NCBI GenBank assembly: GCA_030141605.1
Contig: JAQGDQ010000774.1
Location: 1 to 64,000 of the forward strand
Reading direction: 5' to 3'
DNA: 64,000 nucleotides
Origin: Tubiluchus corallicola
Taxonomy: Eukaryota; Animalia; Priapulida
The position numbers and the translations under genes were made by a program. This document shows positions 41,387 to 55,790 of this stretch, piece by piece (position 1 is the stretch's first letter; every line of letters starts with the position of its first letter). The notes beneath the pieces are model-generated. The model was not told the DNA's origin. It saw nothing but the letters and a program-made list of their open reading frames with translations, and did no database searches.

Positions 41387-41415
41387 CTATAAAAAGAATA
41401 TTAATTAAGAAGTAG

Positions 41416-42530
41416 AAAACCAAAAGCATGTAATGCTCTTACAGTGAAAACCAAAAGCATTTAATGCTCTTACTGTAAAAATTAAAAGCATGTAATGCTC
41501 TTGCTGTAAAAATTAAAAGCATGTAATGCTCTTGCAGTAAAAACGAAAATCACATACTGCTCTTGCAGTAAAAATTAAAAACATGTAATTCTCTTGCAGT
41601 GAAAGTGAAAAGCACATAATGCTCTTGCAGTAAAAATGAAAAGCACATACTGCTCTTGCAGTAAAAATTAAAAGCATGTAATTCTCTTGCAGTGAAAGTG
41701 AAAAGCACATAATGCTCTTGCAGTAAAAATGAAAAGCACATACTGCTCTTGCAGTAAAAATTAAAAGCATGTAATTCTCTTGCAGTGAAAGTGAAAAGCA
41801 CATAATGCTCTTGCAGTAAAAATGAAAAGCACATAATGCTCTTGCAGTAAAAATGAAAAGCACATGATGGCCTTGCAGTAAAAATGAAAAGTACATAATG
41901 CTCTTGCAGCAAAATGAAAAGCACATAATGCTCTTGCAGTAAAAATGAAAAGCACATACTGCTCTTGCAGTAAAAATTAAAAGCATGTAATTCTCTTGCA
42001 GTGAAAGTGAAAAGCACCTAATGCTCTTGCAGTAAAAATGAAAAGCACATACTGCTCTTGCAGTGAAAATTAAAAGCATGTAATTCTCTTGCAGTGAAAG
42101 TGAAAAGCACATAATGCTCTTGCAGTAAAAATGAAAAGCACATACTGCTCTTGCAGTAAAAATTAAAATCATGTAATTCTCTTGCAGTGAAAGTGAAAAG
42201 CACATAATGCTCTTGCAGTAAAAATGAAAAGCACATACTGCTCTTGCAGTAAAAATTAAAAGCATGTAATTCTCTTGCAGTGAAAGTGAAAAGCACATAA
42301 TGCTCTTGCAGTTAAAATGAAAAGCACATACTGTTCTTGCAGTAAAAATTAAAAGCATGTAATTCTCTTGCAGTGAAAGTGAAAAGCACATAATGCTCTT
42401 GCAGTAAAAGTGAAAAGCACATAATGCTCTTGCAGTAAAAATGAAAAGCACATGATGGCCTTGCAGTAAGAATGAAAAGTACATAATGCTCTTGCAGCAA
42501 AATGAAAAGCACATAATGCTCTTGCAGTAA
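41416..42530. repeat. 31-bp minisatellite with 93-bp three-monomer higher-order structure
   Basis: Monomers aaaagcatgtaattctcttgcagtgaaagtg / aaaagcacataatgctcttgcagtaaaaatg / aaaagcacatactgctcttgcagtaaaaatt cycle repeatedly. Confidence 0.95.
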
Positions 42531-43065
42531 AACTGGAAACAAAGTACTTTTTTATTTAATTTAAGACTTCGTCAAGCTGTTAGAAGCGACTGAACATTCC
42601 AATTTCTCGTCACGAAACAAACTGTTTTTCGCCATCTTGATTTTGAAGTTGAATCGTCATCGTGACGTCATCGGTGTTTGATGAGCGGCCACGAAAACAG
42701 CAGGAAATTGCGTTGCAATGCTTATGCGTGTCGTCAACAGTTAGGCCTACATATTAGCACATAAAATTCTGCCTTAAGTGCTTTTGTAGCTGTGCGGAAT
42801 ATGGTTGCAATGCCCAGGATTAATCAATCTCTTAAAATCCGATAATACTTTTTCTGCAGGTATCGGTCGAGTAGCTCTTGTTGGTTTAGCATATGTATAA
42901 ACCGTATAGGCTCGAGTGCTCGAGATATTTACGAGTGCTAAATTAGAAAGTAGCAGAAAGCGATACTGAATTAAAAAGTCAGAAAATTTGAATGTCTAAC
43001 TTAGTCAACCATGAAGCTCCATTATTATCAGTTTTGTTTTTTTTTGAAGAAAAATATAATTTTTT

Positions 43066-43410
43066 CGTATAACGACACACTAGCTCGTTATAACGACTCA
43101 CTACCCTGTTATAACGACACACTGGCTCGTTATAACGACTCACTACCCTGTTATAACGACACACTGGCTCGTTATAACGACTCACTACCCTGTTATAACG
43201 ACTCACTACCCTGTTATAACGACTCACTACCCTGTTATAACGACATACTGGCTCGTTATAACGACTCACTACATTGTTATAACGACATACTAGCTCGTTA
43301 TAACGACTCACTACCCTGTTATAACGACATACTGGCTCGTTATAACGACTCACTACCCTGTTATAACGACATACTGGCTCGTTATAACGACTCACTACCC
43401 TGTTATAACG
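43066..43410. repeat. 21-bp tandem repeat (two alternating variants) with palindromic core gttataac
   Basis: gttataacgactcactaccct / gttataacgaca(c/t)act(a/g)gctc, ~16 units. Confidence 0.93.
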
Positions 43411-44354
43411 AAATACCACCTCTATTCTTTATTTTGTCACATCTGCCAACTTTGCATGTATATCTGCTTGTGTTTGTTTATATTTACATAACTTTTTTTA
43501 CCTGCACTTTTGCTAGTACAAAACCTTGCACGGTGAGGATGCATGTTTCAGTTTTAATAAATGTCTAATCTAAACTAAATAAACTACGTTTAAACTAAAC
43601 ATAACGAAAGTTGTGTGAATCTGGCTTTAACAGCCATTTAAAATTTGAAAGTTCATTTCAATCTAAATTTTGTGCTACATGATACTAACGTTTTTTTAGT
43701 TAATTGAATATCCGGTTGCTAACTAAACTAAACTTGAGACGCATTAGCAACATTATCGGCTGGTTGAGTAAAAAAAGTCATTGAAACGTGACGAGTGAGA
43801 GTCTGCTGATTGGCCGTTATGTATTTTGTCATCATAGGCAGGTAAATAAAGCTAGTTCGACTAGAACAATCGGTCGAGTGACTTACTGCGCTCGAGATGA
43901 TGGACCAAAAATAGAATTCCATCAATAGAGGAAATATTTGTTCTAGTTTAGTCGTACGTAGGTTTTTAGGTTTTTTAAGAAAATGACATTAATGCCGCCA
44001 TCTTGAATTCAAGTATATTTTTGTAAAGCTTCATAAGATTCATTGGGAATTGGTGGAACCGTACCCTTTTTTTCGAAAATGATGTTTATTGCTATCACCA
44101 TGAACTATAATGCTGATTAGAACTCAAGATGGCAGATGAAAAATTTGGCTCCATGCCTCGATACACAATTTATTTTAGTATATTCCCATAAAATGTTCGT
44201 CACGACCTGTTGCAAATCGGCCGAGCATTATTTCGAAAATTATATTATCGCCGCCATCTTGAGTTCAAGATAGCAAATAAAATATCCGACTCCGCTAGTT
44301 GATGTGCTACTCATTTTAGTAGATTTCTGCAAGGTTTCATGAAGATCGTTTGCA

Positions 44355-44524
<170 letters not shown>

Positions 44525-44739
44525 TTTTAACAAACAATACACTGCTTAAAATCATTATCATTCGTTACAATGAAATACAATTGGTAGTATATTGGCCAAA
44601 TGCTGATAAATAAGATACGAATTTAAAATGCCATAAAAATCAGTACTGAATAAAAAACAAAGAAAAAGCAAAAATTACAGATACAGTAATAAATTAGCTG
44701 ATCACTCAAAAACTCTTTAAATAGACTAATATAATATAA

Positions 44740-44952
44740 TGTGATGTGATGTGATGTGATGTGATGTGATGTGATGTGATGTGATATGATATGATATGAT
44801 ATGATATATGATGTGATGTGATGTGATGTGACGTGACGTGACATGACATGACATGACATGACATGACAAAACAGAACAGAACAGAACAGAACAGAACAGA
44901 ACAGAACAGAACAGAACAGAACAGAACAGAACAGAACAGAACAGAGCAGAAC
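44740..44952. repeat. Compound pentanucleotide microsatellite
   Basis: (TGTGA)n-(TATGA)n-(TGTGA)n-(CGTGA)n-(CATGA)n-(CAGAA)n in series. Confidence 0.95.
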
Positions 44953-45109
44953 ATAATATAATATAGCTATCAGATGTAATGAGAATTAAGCGATTTAGAT
45001 TACTTAAATGATCTAAGATTAAAAATTAGAAATTTAAATGTAAGAACAGGCACATAAAGTCTGTAATAAAATAAAAACGAGGATGAGACAGTTGCTACAG
45101 CGTGTATGA

Positions 45110-45240
45110 AATCCTAAACAGGTATGTGTTTAACCTTTGCTTTAAACGGTCCTTTGATTTGCTCTCACGTGGCTGACAGGGTAATTTGTTCCATAACTGT
45201 GGCGCACATGCAGAGATGGCTCTTAACCCCCCCCCACCCA
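45110..45240 (-). mobile_element. LINE (L2/CR1-group) ORF2 C-terminal relic
   Basis: Minus translation GGLRAISACAPQLWNKLPCQPRESKSKDRLKQRLNTYLF matches the G.RAFS..AP.LWN.LP...FK..LKT.LF terminus. Confidence 0.7.
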
Positions 45241-45597
45241 TAGGTCTTGCTGGACCTTCCCAGGGCACTCACGACTTGTTTTTATGTTTGTTGAACGGAG
45301 AGCTCAAACTGGCGTGTGCTAAATCGCTAAACAATGTTTTCGAAGTAGGAGCTGAAGTTTAGTCAATGTAGATCGAGCAGTATTGGTTGTCTTGATTGTT
45401 AAACTGGCCAACAAATAACTGGCAATTAATTGTGCCTCTTTTTATTTTATTCTTATTTTGGCTACGTTTATGCTTTGGAAATATTATCATGACTTAGTCG
45501 TCATCATAACATCATCGTACTAACATGTGTCATTCATGTATTCCTCATCAACATGCTGAATTTCTACCTTTTGCACTTTGCCTTGATTCTAGAAACT

Positions 45598-45921
<324 letters not shown>

Positions 45922-46641
45922 TCATATAATGCACTTCTGTTTTTGTTTCTTAAATTTCCATTAACAAAAACACAAAATGTTCCAGCTGCTGTTCAGAGGC
46001 ATACCAGTAGTCTCAATAAAAATTATACATTAATGCTTTCTGTGTAAATTATCATCGTATGCTCGTGGAAAATCTAGCAATAAATTCTAAACTTTTCAGC
46101 GTCGGTGAACTGGAAATCAGGCATTGGCGTGCTTTGCGGCCTTCACTTGTTGTTGGCTTTGGCCACCATGTGGTGATTTTTTTTGGCCTGGACACGTGAT
46201 CAGTTTGAGAGTGTCGGTGTCAGAGGCGTGTGAAGTGAGGACGAGTCATTGTGGGTTGATTAAATGTTGTCGTTATCTGTTGCAATTGCTTATGATTTGG
46301 GGCTAAAACGTATGTATATACTCTAATTACTTTATAAAATTTAAATTTACTATTAGATAAAAGCTATTTATTGATTAATGCGACAGTGCAGTGTGAAACT
46401 CTGAATTATGTAAAATTGACATTTGGCTAGTGTTATTTATTTTTTGTCATTTTTTTATGGTTTTGTTTAGATGGAATGATATGTTTTGGTAAATAAAGAG
46501 GGAAGAAGAGCAAAATGTAATCTAGCTTCGAATTTGGTTTTGAAAGCCCAAACAGTCGGTCTTGGCATGAAGTGCCAACAAAAATAAGTCATTTTGATTT
46601 TTAAACAGCCAAGCAGATATCCAACTAACAGCAAAACAAAC

Positions 46642-46716
46642 CTGTTTAAATTCCAGACGAAGTTTTCGAGTGACGTCAATCTTTCCTTTAATGGGTCGAA
46701 CAGCAACCATCTTTCC
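46642..46716 (-). CDS. Natriuretic peptide receptor-like guanylyl cyclase, kinase-homology domain exon
   Basis: ttttttatttcttgacAG|GKMVAVRPIKGKIDVTRKLRLEFKQ|gtttgt, phase 0/0; resembles NPR1 [26 protein letters not shown]. Confidence 0.85.
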
Positions 46717-47994
46717 CTGTCAAGAAATAAAAAAAAAGTTAGCGATTTGTGTAAAGCGCAAGAAAACAACCTTCATAAATAAGGCTTGAAAAATTCGTGA
46801 AAATTTGATATCACTAGCGTGCAGTCTTATTGCACGCAGAGCCTGTGTCAGCAGTAACGCTGCATAAAACTGGTAAATGTAAGCATCTCGATTACCGTTA
46901 GCCGCAGCCATTTTAGTTTGAAGCGAGTTTAGAAAACATTGAGCAAAGTTTGAGAAAACTAATCCGAGCATTTGCAGCACATTCATTGCTAGTTAAGCAA
47001 AAGTTTAAATTACTTTATGTTGTCAATGAGTTCTATAATGTATTTTTGGTGAATCAGTGGTGCACACTGGGAATGTTTTTAAATTTTTAAGAATTTCCTT
47101 TCCCGATTACATAAGCATTTCAAACTGGTAAGCGTAATGTTAAGCAACACAACTTTGTTTGGAACGGTCAATGGGATAATTCCCTTGTTTCCCCTTCAAA
47201 TTTTGTAAGATTTGATTTATAAGGTTCGATTTCGTAAAATCCGGAATTTATCATTCTAGAACTCCGATATGATATGAACGACTTTTAAGGATTTAAACTA
47301 ACAATATAAATAACTTTGTCATTATAGTCATCATCGTCACCATCGTCATCATCGTCATCATTGTCATCATTGTCACTGAAAAAAAGTTTGCTTTCAACGA
47401 TACCATTACAGTGAATGTTGTCACAGTCGTCACCAGCGTCATCATCACCAGTACTGTTGTCATTATCATCATCACCATCATCTGTCCTGGATTTAATTTA
47501 GTACGCCGGCGTAATTACGTCACTACTGGGTAGTCATTTTCAATAGGCACCCTGTGCTGTGACCTAGATCCGCCTGGTATAGGCTGCTCTTTCTGCTGGT
47601 TAATAAATTCTGTAGAAAATGCTGTATTGTTATCACCTTAACTCATTAACCTTGTTGAATGGGCTCGTTAAGCAATGTCAACACTGCTTTTTTTCTATGC
47701 CAATGGTTCATACTTTTTAGCATGAGCAGGTCTAGAGATTCTTTTCACGTCACCGTATGCCTTTGACACATAAATGCGTTAGCTACGTTATCAAAATAAT
47801 GACGTTTATCTTGATGTAATAGTCATATATTTGTTCCTAGTTTTAGTATGCTGGGTTACGTACAACACATTATACGTTTGCAACTTGAGTCGTACTGTTA
47901 CTCATCCTATTATATTATTATGAGGTTGATTCCTCAGGTTTCGCAATCGTGACTAATGTTGTCGTCCCTATTTTAATATGAGTTACTTTCTTCT

Positions 47995-49056
47995 CAGCTG
48001 CACACAGAAGGAGTAGACGATATATCACGGAAAGCCGTTAGATCACAGCTGCACACAGAAGGAGTAGACGATATATCACGGAAACCCGTTAGACCACAGC
48101 TGCACACAGAAGGAGTAGACGATATATCACGGAAAGCCGTTAGACCACAGCTGCACACAGAAGGAGTAGACGATATATCACGGAAAGCCGTTAGACCACA
48201 GCTGCACACAGAAGGAGTAGACGATATATCACCGAAAGCCGTTAGACCACAGCTGCACACAGAAGGAGTAGACGATATATCACGGAAAGCCGTTAGACCA
48301 CAGCTGCACACAGAAGGAGTAGACGATATATCACGGAAAGCCGTTAGACCACAGCTGCACACAGAAGGAGTAGACGATATATCACCGAAAGCCGTTAGAC
48401 CACAGCTGCACACAGAAGGAGTAGACGATATATCACGGAAAGCCGTTAGACCACAGCTGCACACAGAAGGAGTAGACGATATATCACGGAAAGCCGTTAG
48501 ACCACAGCTGCACACAGAAGGAGTAGACGATATATCACCGAAAGCCGTTAGACCACAGCTGCACACAGAAGGAGTAGACGATATATCACCGAAAGCCGTT
48601 AGATCACAGCTGCACACAGAAGGAGTAGACGATATATCACGGAAAGCCGTTAGACCACAGCTGCACACAGAAGGAGTAGACGATATATCACGGAAAGCCG
48701 TTAGATCACAGCTGCACACAGAAGGAGTAGACGATATATCACCGAAAGCCGTTAGACCACAGCTGCACACAGAAGGAGTAGACGATATATCACGGAAAGC
48801 CGTTAGACCACAGCTGCACACAGAAGGAGTAGACGATATATCACCGAAAGCCGTTAGACCACAGCTGCACACAGAAGGAGTAGACGATATATCACGGAAA
48901 GCCGTTAGACCACAGCTGCACACAGAAGGAGTAGACGATATATCACCGAAAGCCGTTAGACCACAGCTGCACACAGAAGGAGTAGACGATATATCACCGA
49001 AAGCCGTTAGATCACAGCTGCACACAGAAGGAGTAGACGATATATCACGGAAAGCC
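47995..49056. repeat. 51-bp minisatellite, ~21 copies (intronic)
   Basis: Unit cacagctgcacacagaaggagtagacgatatatcac(g/c)gaaagccgttaga(c/t); only a few variable sites. Confidence 0.97.
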
Positions 49057-49244
49057 AATCATAATCATAATCCAATTATCTAATCAATGTCTAATTAATG
49101 ATATCGTTAATTGCCAGCTGATTTAAAAATGTCATTAGATCTTGTTTCTTATTCTTTTTAATCCTTCTCTCTCCCTTCTACTTAACACTTCGCTCGACAC
49201 CACCAAAGTCAAAATGGCCAATCATCTTTGCTGTTATCGATTTC

Positions 49245-49743
49245 ATTATCGTCGTCATCACTAACACATCACTAACGTCACCATCACCATCATCTTGGTC
49301 ATTATTATGATCATCATTCTCATCATCATCATCATCATCATCATCATCGTCATGAATCACTGTCACCATCATCATCATTATTGTCGTTTTCGTCGTTGTC
49401 ATCGTCATCGCCATCGTCATTGTCATTGTCATCATCATTGTCATCGTCATTGCCATTGTCATCATCATGATCATCATCGTCATCAGTGTGATTGTCATCA
49501 TCATCATCATTATCATCGTCATAAATCACTGTCACCATCATCATCATCATCATCATCATCGTCATAAATCACTGTCACCATCATCATCATTAATGTCGTT
49601 TTCGTCGGTGTCATCGTCATCGCCATCGTCATTGTCATCGTCGTTGCCATTGTCATCATCATGATCATCATCGTCATTAGTGTGATTATCATCATCATCG
49701 TGGTCATCACCATCATCGTCATCATCATCATCATTATCATCAC

Positions 49744-49781
<38 letters not shown>

Positions 49782-49985
49782 CTGTCATTATCATCATCAT
49801 CGTCGTCTTCGTCATCATCGTCATAATTCTCATTATCATCATCATCACACTCATCATCATCATCAAAATTGTCGTCTTCGTCGTTGTCATCGTCATCGTA
49901 ATCGTCATCGTTATCGCCATCGTTATTGTCATCGTCATTGCCATTGTCATCATCATCGTCATCATCATCATCACTGTCATCATCA
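49245..49985. repeat. Degenerate (CAT/CGT)n trinucleotide tract
   Basis: Direct inspection. Confidence 0.9.
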
Positions 49986-50431
49986 AACGTAAAAGTACTT
50001 ATTTATTAGGATGACTGTCACGGACGTGTCATGTTATTCTTTCCACATTTTACATTAGCGTGCAAATAACATAAATAATTTGAAACCCAGATGGTACAGA
50101 TGTCCAAAAACAAAATTAATTGCAGGTGCTCATGTTTCTGTTTTCTTGTATTAAGAACAGGACAAGGTCGTTTTTCATCTAAGATTACTTCTGCCCAATT
50201 ATAACTCGTTTTAAGCTTTTCTTTTCCACTCGAATTTATGTGTTACTCGGGTGTTATTAATAAAGTATAATTCCGGGTACCAAGCATTTATTGAAATTTA
50301 CATTTTCCATAAGCTAAATAGGGAACATAAGCTAAAACCTTGCGCCTGTTATAGAAGTTGTGTTGCTTACATTACGAGAAAAAAAATGCCAAAAGAACAC
50401 GAACGTAAGAAGAAAAATACGAAAGACGAAC

Positions 50432-50515
50432 CTTGTAATTTCCAACTTTAGTAAAAATTTGCTGTGCGTTTACGCCAGACTGAAGTGTTGTTTGTGATTT
50501 GGAACCTCCATCAGC
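50432..50515 (-). CDS. NPR-like guanylyl cyclase exon (linker into kinase-homology domain)
   Basis: tgcAG|ADGGSKSQTTLQSGVNAQQIFTKVGNYK|gttcgt, phase 0/0; the QIF...YK ending precedes the VAVK exon as in NPR1/2. Confidence 0.8.
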
Positions 50516-50571
50516 CTGCAACTGAGCAAATCATAATTACCATAATTTACTTGAAATGATAATTTAATTCT

Positions 50572-50910
50572 TTGAAATCGTCTCACAATACAAGTAAATA
50601 TTTTGCCACCTCTTTAAGAAACTCCATGAAAATCCCGATATTAGAAGCCCACAGAGATTATCAAACTCTCCTGTTTCTCTATAAATATATCAACAATATT
50701 AATTCTCCTTTCAAGAACAATAAGGTTCCACTTCTTAAAAACCCCAGTATGAATAACAGAACACTAAATTTATAGTGGATAAATCAATATGGAAAGAATT
50801 CCATTACTAAGCAAGCAATACAACTTTGGAATTCATCACCGACATCACTAAAACACAGCAGCTCTTTATTAATATTCAAGTTTAAATTTAAAAAAAAACA
50901 TTTAATGACT
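50572..50910 (+). mobile_element. CR1-group (Crack/Daphne-like) LINE 3' relic
   Basis: ...YQTLLFLYKYINN... then YGKNSITKQAIQLWNSSPTSLKHSSSLLIFKFKFKKKHL, a typical CR1-group ORF2 end. Confidence 0.65.
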
Positions 50911-51466
50911 CGTCTTGAATATCCGACATACGAACACGATGATATTCACTTACTAAACTAGTTTATATTTTATTTTTGAATTTCTAGTTGCACTTATAGT
51001 TTAGCTTGCACTAGACGCATTTGCCCAGAACAGTGTACGTTTTTTATATGAACTAACATTGATTGTCTGTCTTTTAATATGATGCTCAATGTTTTTAAAG
51101 TGGCAAATGAAGATTTTTTCTACTTTTACCACTGCTGTTAGCTGAAACACATTCAGCTAGAACGTGTCAATAAAAAGTCAAATTTTGAAACTATGGGACT
51201 AGATTTTGCTACATTGTAGCCGTTATAGTTAGTGATGGTGACACGTGTTTTAATTAGGACTGTGTTTGCGATCCAAATACAATGTACAACAATATAGCAG
51301 TAACAAATTAGTACAGATCAATACTGTCAACAGACTAAGTGATAACGAGTTCTACACACAATACACAAAAGTCATGAAAAGTTCATCGAACACCACAAGT
51401 TGTTCTATTGGTTAGTCGAGAGCTTGCTTATTTCTTGCTAACATGATAAAATTTTATGATTTCATT

Positions 51467-51589
<123 letters not shown>

Positions 51590-51768
51590 ATATTGCCTAT
51601 ATGTGTACTGTGCGCATTTATAGTGTTCATATGTTCATATATATGCATACACATAGTGCATATTGTATATATGCATAATATATACACTAATCAAACATTA
51701 TATATATATATATATATATATATTGATTATTACTACATATACATAGATACACAGTAATTGTATTTTAC

Positions 51769-51883
51769 CCTGAATGATGACTTCGACAACAATGAGCTAG
51801 CATTGGCCTTTTTCGATATGACGACATCACTCCATTGTACTTTCCACCACATGTTAGCCAAATCGGCCTCAAGTTTTATTTTC
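51769..51883 (-). CDS. NPR-like guanylyl cyclase, juxtamembrane cytoplasmic exon
   Basis: tttcAG|(R)KIKLEADLANMWWKVQWSDVVISKKANASSLLSKSSFR|gtaaaa, phase 2/0; resembles NPR1 [21 protein letters not shown]. Confidence 0.9.
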
Positions 51884-52134
51884 CTGAAAGAAATTGTAAA
51901 GATTACAGTAAGGTAAACGTAAAGTCAAGTTTTCCTACAAGAAAGACATTCTTGTACTAATTTGACGTTTTTAGACAAAATTACGCTTTACAATTGCTGT
52001 CTCCTTGTAAGTATCAGTTCACGTCACAGAACACGTGACAGAACACTGCAGCTACATTATTTTAAATATGGAGTAGTTCGTGTTAAGAGACGGCAGTTCA
52101 AGCTCATAAAGCAAACTTTGACTGAATGGATGCA

Positions 52135-52830
52135 TCGACGAATAAGCAAAACGAACGAATGAACGAACGACCTAACGAACGAACTAGCTAACTAACTGCC
52201 TGATTGATTGACTGACTGACTGACTGACTGACTGACTGACTGATGAACAAACGAACGAGCGAACAAGTGAATTAACGAGCGAACAAATGAACGATTGAAT
52301 AGACGAGCAAACGAACGAACGAACGAGCGAACAAATGAACGAACGAACGAATAAATGACAAACATTTGGGTGACAAAACGAGTTACAAACGAGGGAGTTG
52401 CACATCAAAAGTTCAAGCAACTTGTTCTTCTGTACATCCACTGGTAACTTACAAACAAAAAAAAGATAGACAAAAAGGTTTAAGAAAAAAGTAAAAGAAG
52501 ACAATAGAGGGAAGCAGGGAGAGAAGAGGAAAAATTAAGTGAACCAGAAAAAGAAGGTGGGCCGAAATACACAACAAACGCTCAAACAAACGAACGAACA
52601 AACAAACACACAAACACATAAATACGCAAACAAACAAACACATAAACACATAAACAAATAAACAAACAAACCAACATACATAGATACAAACAAACAAACA
52701 AACAAACAAACAAACAAACAAACAAACAAACAAACAAACAAACAAACAAACAAACAAACAAACAAACAAAACAAATAAACGAACGAACGAACGAACGAAC
52801 GAACATACACACAAACAAACATATAAACTA
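52135..52830. repeat. Tetranucleotide tracts (GAAC, GACT, CAAA)n
   Basis: Direct inspection. Confidence 0.85.
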
Positions 52831-52884
52831 CGTAACAAAGAAAACCTGCAAACACAGATTAAAACGAGTAAAATGTTTTCAAAC

Positions 52885-52969
52885 CTGTATATAAACAGAC
52901 CGATGAACAAGACCAGAATCACTAGAGCTGCCAATGCTATCAGAACCACCTCATACGATTTTAAAGGCT
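52885..52969 (-). CDS. NPR-like guanylyl cyclase, transmembrane exon
   Basis: ttacAG|(E)PLKSYEVVLIALAALVILVLFIGLFIY(R)|gtttga, phase 1/2; single hydrophobic helix. Confidence 0.9.
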
Positions 52970-53090
52970 CTGTAAATAAAATTAGGAAAACATTTTACGA
53001 AATCTACTATTGTGCAATTAAACCAGATAATTAATTCGATTCAAAGATTAAATGCCTTTTCATATTTGTGCAGTAACGCCAGAAAAATAC

Positions 53091-53235
53091 CTTTAACTTT
53101 GCACTTTGGATCGTCTCCAAGGAAGCCACATAATGGTATGTCCGGTGGTGGTCCTTCCCATCCACCTGGCCAATGAACACTTTCACCAGGAACGCGTTCC
53201 ATTTCCTTGCGTGCGCCATAATAGTTATAAATAAC
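53091..53235 (-). CDS. NPR-like guanylyl cyclase, extracellular juxtamembrane exon
   Basis: ttgcAG|VIYNYYGARKEMERVPGESVHWPGGWEGPPPDIPLCGFLGDDPKCKVK|gtattt, phase 0/1; the WP..PPPDIP.CGF...P.C motif of NPR1/2. Confidence 0.93.
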
Positions 53236-54263
53236 CTGCAAGTCAAATTTTGAATGATTCGGCTCATCGTAACAAAGTTTAGCACAAGTGCAAGTCTCCC
53301 TTTTGAAGTGCGGGTCAGTATATTACCTGTGGAATATAAAGCAGTTTATTTTTTCACTAGGACATGGGAAATCACTGCCCGCAGTTCAAAAGGGAGGCTT
53401 GCACTTGTCAAGTAACTGGTCAATGACATTATATATTTTTTCATCTTACTTATTTCACATGAGGTACAGCTCACATACAGAATATGCAACAAAATCACAC
53501 ATAACAATAAAATAAAGCATAAGACAAGGAATAGCAAGAAAATTACAGGCCTACGTGTATGGCTTCTTACAGTGTGAAAAGATTGACGTATAATTTTCTT
53601 TATTTTGAAATTCAAACTTACAAACTTTAGTGCATTTTCAACGTCAACTATCATGCATAAAATACAAAAAATTCGGGACATCCAACTTTTTATTTCTGTT
53701 TTGCATCCTTTTGAACGGTGTGCCGCTTAATACTTTTCTACGACGTAAAATGGCTCAGGTTAGAGTTAGAAGCCACGCATGCGCAGCGACTGATGAGTAA
53801 AGCAGTTCCCTACACCTATAATAGCAGAACGTGGATAGGTGGAACACATCCAGTGAGCGAAGCGTTACACAACTGATAATGTAATAAACTCCCGATATTG
53901 TAATACCAAAAGTATTTTAACGCATAATGTAATAATCAGAAGTTCAACAAATATTGTACCATAAGAGGCAAAGTGTAATAAAATTTCTAACTCGTTATAG
54001 CAGAATATATGCTACGGAGGTACAGTTTTCTTATATATAGTAAAATAACGTTTGTTTTTTGAAATATGAAGCCACTCGACTCATTGCCATCACAATCCTC
54101 TTCAGGGCATTACCATCAGCCCAATGAACGAGCTCAGTTACTCACTAACCTTTGTTGTTGTTGTTGTCGTCGTCGTCATAGTCGTTGTTTTTTCTCAATT
54201 CACAACTGCAGTTTCGCTGCCTTACCAATTGTTTAACCCAAAGAATGTCAAGTGTGTAATAAG

Positions 54264-55165
<902 letters not shown>

Positions 55166-55790
55166 GTCGTACCGCAGAGACAATTACTGCAAAGTAGCAC
55201 GGTATGTTAGTAATAAGGTAAATAGTTGTAAAATATGTGAGCCAAGCAACGATAATTTAGACTCACTAATAATGTTGACTTGACTAGACATGATGGAAAG
55301 TCGTCTTTAGCATCATCTCTGTATTATATGTCACCTAATTCAAAGTCTGTAATGGCAAAGTGGATTCAGAATGCTACCTGAGCAATGGCGCGATTAGTTG
55401 TTCAGCATCAAACATACATACGTTAGCTTTCGCACAAGTAAAAGTGTGACAGAAATATTTACACTATTTCGTAAGTGGTCAGTTGGTCAGGTGGTCAGTC
55501 AGGCTGCGGATCAGAAGGTCGAGGTGCTCAGCGGAGCACCGCCTAGGGGACATTAGTAGCACATATCTAAAACTAAGTGTCAAAATGTCTTAGAACCTGA
55601 GCAGGAGGCTCTATCCGGCATTGAAATACAGTGCGATGTTTTCTCTAGGCTCATTTCGTACGTGGAAAAAGGCAGTTTGTGCAATAATTCTAGAATGACA
55701 GTTTGCAATGGCTTTGTAAACGCTTTTGATCGTGTAAGGACACTTGTTCAAGCTGACATGTGCAGACGTCAGAGTTAATATGCTCTAATT

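Larger units (their letters stand above)
29324..41411 (+). repeat. Segmental duplication, copy 2 (homology ends just upstream of the lectin last-exon acceptor)
   Basis: Colinear with 320-17076. Lacks the 3927-4509 insertion and ~5790-7130 and ~13590-16470 of copy 1. Confidence 0.95.

Noticed and set aside
41513-42542. 333-aa ORF upstream of the orphan lectin exon
   Set aside because: Translation of the 31/93-bp satellite; no signal peptide or CTLD N-half.
47513-47780. Possible additional receptor exons
   Set aside because: Short open frames with no kinase-domain similarity; exons 50432-50515 and 46642-46716 already join in frame as YK|GKMVAV.
47994-49058. 354-aa repetitive ORF
   Set aside because: It coincides exactly with the 51-bp minisatellite, lies in an intron between phase-compatible receptor exons, and has no unique coding flanks.
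53790-53865. Hammerhead-like CTGATGAG...CGAAG
   Set aside because: No GAAA core and no convincing stems I-III.
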